Positions 44,363 through 51,559 of a stretch of 64,000 nucleotides of DNA are shown piece after piece. A program made the position numbers and the translations under genes. Positions within the stretch are counted from its first letter, which is position 1; the number at the start of each line of letters is the position of its first letter. The notes beneath the pieces were generated by a model that saw only the letters and a list, made by a program, of their open reading frames with translations, did no database searches and was not told the origin of the DNA. This DNA is from Candidatus Dormiibacterota bacterium (GTDB lineage: Bacteria; Chloroflexota; Dormibacteria; Aeolococcales; Aeolococcaceae): assembly GCA_963697085.1 (NCBI GenBank), contig CAVOMR010000003.1, positions 1,026,745 through 1,090,744 on the forward strand, written 5' to 3'.

Positions 44363-45622
44363 TCAGCTGTTCGGCTTCAGCGAACCCGCCCAGACCATCC
44401 CATCCGAGCACTGGGTGCCCGGCGGCGACGGCGCCGGCGGCCCGGGGCTCTGGCACTGGACCTGCAGGATCATGTTCTGACCCGATGTGAACGTGATCGG
44501 GTTGACGAAGTGGAAGTCCAGGTCGCGGAAGTTGCTGAGCTGCTCCTGGAACAGCACGCCGCCGCAGCCGCGGCTCAGCGTCAGGATTCCGGTGTCGCCG
44601 TTCGGGTTCTGGAACACGAGGTCGGTGAGCGAGAACGTGTTGCCCGCCGGCACGGTGAGTTGACCCGCGTTGTTGGCCGGGCATCCGGAGGAGTTCCCGG
44701 TACCGGCTTTCACCGACAGCCTCCCGCTCGCCGGGCCGCCGCCGCTACCGCCCGGCGTCGGCGTGACCGTCGTGCTCGAGGGTGTCGGCGACGAGCCACC
44801 GCCACCACCACCGCCGCCGCCGCCCGGCTTGATCCCGGCAGCCGAGAGCGCGTTGTTGGCGGCGGTCGTCGCGGTCGACTTGATCGCAGGGTTGAGGACC
44901 GTCAGCCAGAGGACCACGGCAACGACGGCGAGGGCGATCACCGCGGCCACCGCCTTGGGCAGCCAGGTCGGCAGGATCGGGGTCTGCACCATCGAGCCGT
45001 CGACGCTCACCGGAGGAGCCTCGCGCGGCTGGATGATCGTCTGGAAGCGATGGGTCTTCGCGCTCCCGGTCAGGAATCGCTTCTTCGGATGCGCTCGAAG
45101 GGTGACGATCGTCGCGGTGCCGGGCTCGGCCACAACGGTCGTCGGGTTGAATGTGAACCGAAGCGCCTCCTCCTGGTCCACGCCACCGAACCCGAGCGTG
45201 AGCGGCGTGTTGCCGCGGTTGTCGCAGGCGAGCTGGTGCTTGCCGGTCCGGCTCCCGTGGGAGATGAGCGGCACCAGCTCGCCGGCGAGCTCGGTGAACG
45301 CCCCGATCTGGAGCGTCCCCTCTTCGACGCTCGTGTCCGACGGGTCGACCTCCGAGGTGACCTTCACGCCGAACGGCGTGGCTCCGGCGCGCGCTGCGGA
45401 CACGCGCGCCGGCCTGAAGGAGATGCTCACCTGGCCTTCCGCGTCGGGGAAGAGCGGCAGCGTGTCCGGCGTGACGGTGGCCCAGCGGGCGGCGTCCCCC
45501 AGCACCTGGATGTGGAAGTGGTCGACCACCGCGCCGGTGTTGCGGATCGTGAGCTGCGCGACGGCCTCGGAGCCCGGCTCGACGCTGAGTGCCGGGGTCG
45601 TCAGAACAGACCGAGCGGTCAT
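44363..45622 (-). CDS. bitopic membrane protein: two cytoplasmic Ig-like (CARDB/NEW3-like) domains, a TM, a poly-Gly linker and a Cys-containing C-terminal domain
   Basis: Sequence PALSVEPGSEAVAQLTIRNTGAVVDHFHIQVLGDAARWATVTP. The TM is AVAAVIALAVVAVVLWLTVL, followed by GGGGGGGGGSSPTPSSTT. The C-terminal domain has 4 Cys. Confidence 0.55.
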   Translation of the reverse strand: MTARSVLTTPALSVEPGSEAVAQLTIRNTGAVVDHFHIQVLGDAARWATVTPDTLPLFPDAEGQVSISFRPARVSAARAGATPFGVKVTSEVDPSDTSVEEGTLQIGAFTELAGELVPLISHGSRTGKHQLACDNRGNTPLTLGFGGVDQEEALRFTFNPTTVVAEPGTATIVTLRAHPKKRFLTGSAKTHRFQTIIQPREAPPVSVDGSMVQTPILPTWLPKAVAAVIALAVVAVVLWLTVLNPAIKSTATTAANNALSAAGIKPGGGGGGGGGGSSPTPSSTTVTPTPGGSGGGPASGRLSVKAGTGNSSGCPANNAGQLTVPAGNTFSLTDLVFQNPNGDTGILTLSRGCGGVLFQEQLSNFRDLDFHFVNPITFTSGQNMILQVQCQSPGPPAPSPPGTQCSDGMVWAGSLKPNS

Positions 45623-45731
45623 CGGGGCTCCGTCCTGATCGCTGTGCCGTCCATGGCCTCTACCTCACCTCACGCAACGATCGACCGTGCGAACCCTAGC
45701 CGAGCGAGGGGACATTTTGTAGGCTCCGGCG

Positions 45732-46391
45732 ATGAGCGAGTGGGTGCGGTGGCACGACGCGTACGCGGAAGGGGGACCGCTCGCGCTTCGACTCGGTGTT
45801 GTCCAGGACCTCATTCGCTCGGCGCTCGACGCCTGCCCACCGGGACCGATACGAGTCATCAGCCTGTGCGCAGGTGACGGCCGCGATCTGCTCGGAGTGC
45901 TCGAGGATCACCCGCGCCGCACGGACGTGCGTGCGCGTCTCGTCGAGCTCGATCCTGAACTGGCGGAGCGCGGGCGCGCGCGCGCCGCGAATATCGGCCC
46001 GCGAGTCGAGGTCGTGAACGGTGACGCCTCGACCACGAGCGCGTACCTCGGTGCGGTGCCGGCGGACATCGTGCTGGTGTGCGGTGTCTTCGGCAACATC
46101 ACCGACGACGATGTGCGGCAGACCATCCGGTGCCTGCCGGAGCTGTGCGCGCCCGACGCGACGGTGATCTGGACGCGCGGCACATTCGCGCCGGATCTGA
46201 CGCCCGCGATCCGCGACTGGTTCACCGCAAGCGGATTCTCCGAGCTCGCGTTCACCGCCATCCCGGACACGACCGCGGCGGTCGGCGCCGACCGGCTCAC
46301 CTCGGAGCCGCAGCCATTCGAGCCCGACGTGTCCCTGTTCACCTTTCTCGCGAGGCATCGACGCCCATCCCAGCGCGGCGTCAGGCTCTGA
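45732..46391 (+). CDS. class I SAM-dependent methyltransferase
   Basis: Motif I-like VISLCAGDGRDLLGVL, ELDPELAE, and post-I/II IVLVCGVFGNITDDD. Confidence 0.7.
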   Translation: MSEWVRWHDAYAEGGPLALRLGVVQDLIRSALDACPPGPIRVISLCAGDGRDLLGVLEDHPRRTDVRARLVELDPELAERGRARAANIGPRVEVVNGDASTTSAYLGAVPADIVLVCGVFGNITDDDVRQTIRCLPELCAPDATVIWTRGTFAPDLTPAIRDWFTASGFSELAFTAIPDTTAAVGADRLTSEPQPFEPDVSLFTFLARHRRPSQRGVRL

Positions 46392-46406
46392 GCAGGCGAC
46401 CTGTCG

Positions 46407-47069
46407 TCAGCTCGGCTTCGTGTGGCTCGCCTCCGCCACGGCCGCGTCCCAGTCGATGATCACCTGTCCCGTCTCCTCCGGCCGCACCTTGGCGGGGAGG
46501 TTGGAGCCGGGGTAGAGCAGCGGCAGGCCGCTCTGGGGCACCGGGTTTCCCATCTGCGTCTGGTAGGGCGCGTGACCGTCGCAGAGGATCGTGACCACGA
46601 ACGCATACATGTCGAGACCCGACGTGGGGCTGCGCATCCCCATCGGCTGGCTCTGGATGATCACGGCGCGTGCCGGAGTACCGGTTGCGAGCAGCTCCGC
46701 CGCACTCCCGCGGTTCGGGCCGCCCGCCGCCATCGTGATCGTCGGCGGTTCGCTGTCGAAGTCCATGGCGACCTCCTGCGGGTTCGCGGGATTCACGCGC
46801 ACCGCGACCACCGTTCCCGGAGTCATGAGCGCCTGCAGCGCCAGGATCGGCACGCCCTGATGACACGTCGCCTGGTACACGGGCGTGTTGTCCATGTACA
46901 CGTTGAGCGCGACGTTGCACACCTGCTTGCCGAGCGCATCGTTGCCGTGACTGACTGTCATGCCGGTCGGCTGCACGCTGACGATCTCCCCGCGCGCGAG
47001 CGTTCCGTTCTTCATCAATTCCGGCGACACGCCACCGCCGATCGAGCGAACCTTGTCCAGGAAACCCAT
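46407..47069 (-). CDS. hypothetical protein with an internal duplication (two ~85-aa beta-rich domains)
   Basis: The first half is ARGEIVSVQPTGMTV...PVYQATC...PGTVVAVRVNPANPQEVAMDFD. The second half is ARAVIIQSQPMGMRS...APYQTQM...PGSNLPAKVRPEETGQVIIDWD. Confidence 0.5.
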   Translation of the reverse strand: MGFLDKVRSIGGGVSPELMKNGTLARGEIVSVQPTGMTVSHGNDALGKQVCNVALNVYMDNTPVYQATCHQGVPILALQALMTPGTVVAVRVNPANPQEVAMDFDSEPPTITMAAGGPNRGSAAELLATGTPARAVIIQSQPMGMRSPTSGLDMYAFVVTILCDGHAPYQTQMGNPVPQSGLPLLYPGSNLPAKVRPEETGQVIIDWDAAVAEASHTKPS

Positions 47070-47209
47070 GTCTCTTCACCATGGGCGATGGCCGCGCCGG
47101 AGTGGCACAACGGTCGCGCCCGCCCCAGCCGGATTGTACGGACGGCGCAGGCGGTGTTGACGCCGTCGGTGCCGTGCGCGCGATCGTCAACGCGTAAGCT
47201 CGCCGTCTG

Positions 47210-48889
47210 ATGCCCGATCCGGAGACAACGCGCCCCGACCTGGATGAGGCGATGCGCCGCCGCCGTCTCACCCGCGACGCGAGCCGCGAGGATGTCGTCG
47301 CCGCGCGTCATGCGGCTGGACGCAGGACCGCGCGTGAGAATCTCGACGACCTGGTCGACGAAGGCTCCTTCATCGAGTACGGCGGTCTCGCCATCGCAGC
47401 GCAACGAGGACGGCGCACCGTCGACGATCTCATCCGGCGCACACCGGCCGACGGACTCGTCGGCGGCACCGCGCGGATCAACGGCGAGACCGTCGGCGCG
47501 GATCGAGCCGACTGCGCGGTCCTCTCGTACGACTACACCGTGCTGGCGGGCACGCAGGGCGTCATGGGTCACCGCAAGAAGGACCGCCTGTTCGATGTCA
47601 TCGAGCGCCGGCGACTGCCGGTCGTGCTCTTCGCGGAGGGTGGCGGCGGCCGTCCCGGTGACACCGATCACGCGATGGTCGCCGGTCTTGATGTCATGGC
47701 CTTCGCGCTCTGGGCAGGGCTCTCCGGGCTCGTGCCGCGCATCGGCATCGCGTCCGGGCGATGCTTCGCCGGCAACGCGCTGCTGCTCGGGTGCTGCGAC
47801 CTCATCATCGCGACACCGGACGCGAGCATCGGCATGGGTGGTCCCGCGATGATCGAGGGAGGCGGCCTCGGCGTCGTCGCCGCCGAGGACGTCGGCCCGT
47901 TCGACGTGCAGGTTCGCAACGGCGTGATCGACATCGCCGCCGACGACGAGGCCGATGCCGTTCGTCTCGCCCGCCAGGCGCTGTCGTTCTTCCAGGGACC
48001 GATCGCATCGTGGGAGGCGCCCGACCAGCTCCGGCTCCGCGATGTCGTTCCCGAGAATCGGCGTCGCGCCTACGACGTCCGCCGCGCGATCGAGGTGCTT
48101 GCCGACTCCGATTCGACGCTCGAGCTCAGGCCCGGATTCGGACGCGGCATGGTCACCGCGCTCGCGCGCATCGAGGGAAGGCCGATCGGGATCGTCGCCA
48201 ACAATCCGATGCACCTCGCGGGCGCGATCACGAGCGACTGCGCCGACAAGGCGGCGCGGTTCCTGCAACTCTGCGAAGCGTTCCGGCTGCCGGTGCTCTT
48301 CCTCTGCGACACCCCCGGCATCATGGTCGGACCCGACGCCGAGGCAACCGCACTCGTTCGCCATGCAAGCCGCCTGTTCCTCGCCGGCGCGGCGCTCACC
48401 GTGCCGTTCGTCACCGTCGTGCTGCGCAAGGGGTACGGGCTCGGGGCGCAGGCGATGGCCGGTGGGAGCTTCCGCTCACCGCTCATGACGGTTGCGTGGC
48501 CGACCGGAGAGTTCGGCGGCATGGGCCTCGAGGGCGCCGTGAAGCTCGCCTACCGCAAGGAGCTGGACGCCATCACCGACCCCGACGCACGTCAGGCGAC
48601 GTACGACGCGATGGTGGCGGAGGCATATGCGAGAGGGGCGGCGCTCAACACCGCCATGTACTTCGAGATCGATGACGTGATCGACCCGGCGGAGACGCGC
48701 GCGCTGGTTGCGGCAGTGGCACTCCGACCAGCTGTCGAAGGGCGCGGCATGCCGGCGCACCCGCCATCAGCGCGACGATTCGTGGAACTCATGGTGAGCG
48801 TGCGACGGCGGAGGATCAGGGCGGCAGCGGACAGCAGCATACCGACGATCGCGAGCGCCGAACCGAACAGGGTCGGCACCGTGGAATGA
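47210..48889 (+). CDS. acyl-CoA carboxylase carboxyltransferase (beta) subunit. The 3' end is probably artefactually extended, with the true stop likely at 48797.
   Basis: Carboxyl-transferase domains: CAVLSYDYTVLAGTQGVMGHRKKDRLF, LFAEGGGGRPGD, IVANNPMHLAGAI and FLCDTPGIMVGP. Deleting one A of GAACTC (48785-48790) gives the family-typical end RRFVDSW-stop. Confidence 0.88.
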   Translation: MPDPETTRPDLDEAMRRRRLTRDASREDVVAARHAAGRRTARENLDDLVDEGSFIEYGGLAIAAQRGRRTVDDLIRRTPADGLVGGTARINGETVGADRADCAVLSYDYTVLAGTQGVMGHRKKDRLFDVIERRRLPVVLFAEGGGGRPGDTDHAMVAGLDVMAFALWAGLSGLVPRIGIASGRCFAGNALLLGCCDLIIATPDASIGMGGPAMIEGGGLGVVAAEDVGPFDVQVRNGVIDIAADDEADAVRLARQALSFFQGPIASWEAPDQLRLRDVVPENRRRAYDVRRAIEVLADSDSTLELRPGFGRGMVTALARIEGRPIGIVANNPMHLAGAITSDCADKAARFLQLCEAFRLPVLFLCDTPGIMVGPDAEATALVRHASRLFLAGAALTVPFVTVVLRKGYGLGAQAMAGGSFRSPLMTVAWPTGEFGGMGLEGAVKLAYRKELDAITDPDARQATYDAMVAEAYARGAALNTAMYFEIDDVIDPAETRALVAAVALRPAVEGRGMPAHPPSARRFVELMVSVRRRRIRAAADSSIPTIASAEPNRVGTVE

Positions 48890-50979
48890 GGCGCAGCGCC
48901 GGTCTCCGGCGTGCCGGGTGGCGTCGGCGGTGGCACCGCGGACACGACGATGCTCGCGGAGCCCGTGTTGTTGCCCGGGACCGGATCGGTCTGCGTCTCG
49001 CCGGACTTCGTTGCCGTGTTGACGATGAGCCCGAGCGCCTCGAGGCGCACGGTGATGTGAAGCCTCGCTGTTCCCCCGACCGCGAGAGCGCCGATGGTCC
49101 AGAGCCCGCTCGCAACGTCGTACGAGCCTGCGGTCGCGGTGGAGCTCACGTACACGACTCCGTTCGGGAGCACGTCCGTCACCGTGACGCCGGTGGCGGC
49201 CACGGGGCCGTTGTTGTGCGTGGTGATGGTGTACACGTCGTCCTGACCGATCGTCGCCCTGGCGACGCTGACGACCTTGGTGACGGCGATGTCGGCGTAC
49301 GATCCCGGCGGCACGATGTTGAGCGACCTCGTGAGCTGCTCACTCGGGTAGTACGTCCAGAGGTCGAGACCCTTGGCGTCACCGAAGCTACCCGTGCAGG
49401 GAACGTTGGTGTTGCCACCCGATGCGGTGCCGAACGCGCGCTGCGTTGAGGACGTGTCGAAGCCGGTGATGGGATTGCTGAACGCAGTCGCCGGCGCCGC
49501 GTTGCCGCAGAGCGCCGTGCCGGGTGTGCCGACGGGGACGCCGGTGGTGGTGACATACCCGCGGTCGTCGTAGAAGCCGCCGCTGCAGCCGCCGGTGAAG
49601 GGCGGGCATGTGCCGCCGGGCGGGTTGAGCATCGTGATCGTGGGTCCACCCTGCGTGTCGTTCTCATCGTCGATGAACGGGAAGTGGTACTCGCCCGCGT
49701 GGACCTCGATCTTGTACGGGTATGACGCACCCGCCGGGAAGTACACGCCGGAGTTGTCCTTGCCATCCCAGGACACCGTCTGTGTGCCCGCGCCCTTGAG
49801 CCCGCTGAGCACGCGGTTGTTGGGATTGGTCGGATCGAAGTTGACACCGTCGCGGCTGATCACGATCTGATAGACGCCGGCGACGTTCGACGTGTACGTG
49901 AAGGTCCCACCCGTCTGAAAAAGGCTCGTGCTCCCGACGACGGTTCCGGCGAATCCGATGTTGCTGACCACCGACGCGATCGGAAGGAGCGGGATGCCGA
50001 GCGCGGTCAACGTCACGTTGGCGGGCGGTGTGAAGAAGATGGGAAACGCTGGAGGCGCGAAGATCACGCCGCCGTCGACCGTCGTCAGCTGCCCGGGGCT
50101 GCCGCTGTTCTCGGCGAGCGCGTCGTGGTACAGCGGAGTCACACCGTCGGGCTCGAGGAAGCCGAGCTGGCTGCCGTACTCCAGCCAGCCGTTGGGGTCC
50201 ATACCTCGCTGATCGATGCGGTACCGGAACCCGTCGGTCGTCACCGCGTACATCGTCGAGTCGACGGGCAATCCGTTGTTGCCCGTGAACAGCGCGAGCA
50301 CATACGAGAACACACGCCCGCTGCGCGTTGACGAGGGGTCGGTGGGATCGTTCCGTACGGTCACGTCCCATCCGGCAATCGAGGATCCCTGCGCCATGCT
50401 GAAGTCGCTCGCAGCCGTGAGCCCGACGTCCGCGCCGACAGTGCCGTCCGTGTTGGACGCCAGCCCGTCAGGTCCGATCATCGCGATGCTGTAGATACCG
50501 GTGATCGGCGCCTGGTACACACACGGCGTGTACCCGTTGGTCACGCCACCGCCGGGAACGGTGTCGGGACCGGCCAGCTCCTCGGCGCGGCTGGTGATCC
50601 GTCCCTGCGCGGCGATGCCGGATGACAAGCGCTGCGCCGCGCATGAGAACGACGTGGCCCCCGGGATCGTCTCGTTGCCGGGCGGCCCGGTGACGAGCCC
50701 CGGATTCCAGATGAGAATGTCCGCAGACCCAAATCCCATCCCGGTCGACCCGACGAGCAGTGATTCACCGGCCTCGACAAACGCGTGCAGGAGCGTGCGC
50801 CGGACGACCACGCCGTTGCCGTCTGTGCCTGTGCGCCACTCGGTGTTCGCGCGCGATCCGGACGCGCTGCTCGGGTAGAGATTCTGGGATCCGTCTGCGA
50901 GGACGTTGACCGCGGATGCGATCAGCACGCCGATGCTCAACAGTGCGGCAGCGAATCCCTTTCGTTGCACGCGCCGCAT
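48592..50979 (-). CDS. large secreted surface protein with a DUF11 repeat and an LPXTG-like (TPETG) anchor signal followed by an unexpected tail
   Basis: The start is at MRRVQRKGFAAALLSIGVLIASAVNVLADG. DUF11 is DIAVTKVVS...YTITTHNNGPVAATGVTVTDVLPNGVVYVSSTATAGSYD...GLWTIGALAVGGTARLHITV. Next comes PETGAAPHSTVPTLFGSALAIVGMLLSAAALILRRRT, then ~70 further aa that overlap the convergent gene. Confidence 0.65.
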   Translation of the reverse strand: MRRVQRKGFAAALLSIGVLIASAVNVLADGSQNLYPSSASGSRANTEWRTGTDGNGVVVRRTLLHAFVEAGESLLVGSTGMGFGSADILIWNPGLVTGPPGNETIPGATSFSCAAQRLSSGIAAQGRITSRAEELAGPDTVPGGGVTNGYTPCVYQAPITGIYSIAMIGPDGLASNTDGTVGADVGLTAASDFSMAQGSSIAGWDVTVRNDPTDPSSTRSGRVFSYVLALFTGNNGLPVDSTMYAVTTDGFRYRIDQRGMDPNGWLEYGSQLGFLEPDGVTPLYHDALAENSGSPGQLTTVDGGVIFAPPAFPIFFTPPANVTLTALGIPLLPIASVVSNIGFAGTVVGSTSLFQTGGTFTYTSNVAGVYQIVISRDGVNFDPTNPNNRVLSGLKGAGTQTVSWDGKDNSGVYFPAGASYPYKIEVHAGEYHFPFIDDENDTQGGPTITMLNPPGGTCPPFTGGCSGGFYDDRGYVTTTGVPVGTPGTALCGNAAPATAFSNPITGFDTSSTQRAFGTASGGNTNVPCTGSFGDAKGLDLWTYYPSEQLTRSLNIVPPGSYADIAVTKVVSVARATIGQDDVYTITTHNNGPVAATGVTVTDVLPNGVVYVSSTATAGSYDVASGLWTIGALAVGGTARLHITVRLEALGLIVNTATKSGETQTDPVPGNNTGSASIVVSAVPPPTPPGTPETGAAPHSTVPTLFGSALAIVGMLLSAAALILRRRTLTMSSTNRRADGGCAGMPRPSTAGRSATAATSARVSAGSITSSISKYMAVLSAAPLAYASATIASYVA

Positions 50980-50995
50980 GATGAAGGATTCGCCG

Positions 50996-51487
50996 TCAGA
51001 TATGGCGGATCTCCTTGAAGAGCTCCTTGAAGAACGGGCGTCCCCAGAGTCCGATCGAGAGAACGCCGCCGAACAGGACGACCGCATCGATGCTCGCGCG
51101 CCCCTGCTTCGTCCAGTACACGTCCTTCAGGTCGAGCCAGAGCGCGAATTCGTCGAGCGTCAGCGCGGAGGCTCCGCCGTACAGCACCGAATTGAACTTC
51201 GCAAGCGCGTCATCGCTCTGACCGGCGCGGTCCTCTTCGACGTGGATCAACCACAGGTAGCCGCTGCCGAGCAATCCCGCGATGCCGAAGACCAGGTGAT
51301 GGAGATGACGGCCACCTTCGGAGAGATTGTGAAAGGGGCCGACGCCATCACGAATCGCGTGGGTGATCGTGCGGGTCGCCGCGAAGGTCGCGAAAAATGA
51401 CACCGACGACAGAAACAGCCGCTCGCGTCGCGTGTCATGGAACGCGTGGCGATACAGCTCCAACGCACGCCGGGGGGTGATCGGCAC
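50996..51487 (-). CDS. hypothetical integral membrane protein
   Basis: Four hydrophobic segments (FLSSVSFFATFAA, HHLVFGIAGLLGSGYLW, VLYGGASALTL, AVVLFGGVLSIGLW) and no family recognised. Confidence 0.45.
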   Translation of the reverse strand: MPITPRRALELYRHAFHDTRRERLFLSSVSFFATFAATRTITHAIRDGVGPFHNLSEGGRHLHHLVFGIAGLLGSGYLWLIHVEEDRAGQSDDALAKFNSVLYGGASALTLDEFALWLDLKDVYWTKQGRASIDAVVLFGGVLSIGLWGRPFFKELFKEIRHI

Positions 51488-51559
51488 CCGACTACCCTAC
51501 TCGATGCGAGGAAGCCGCGCGCCGCTCGGTGCGGCGCGCGGCTCTCGCATTCGTCAGCG

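Noticed and set aside
30841-45622. The tail-gene cluster could be a prophage or a defective prophage.
   Set aside because: There are no capsid, portal, terminase, protease/scaffold, integrase, repressor or holin/endolysin genes in or around it. The gene set and order (DUF4255, three gp19 paralogues, LysM, PAAR, DUF4157) are those of CIS/eCIS loci.
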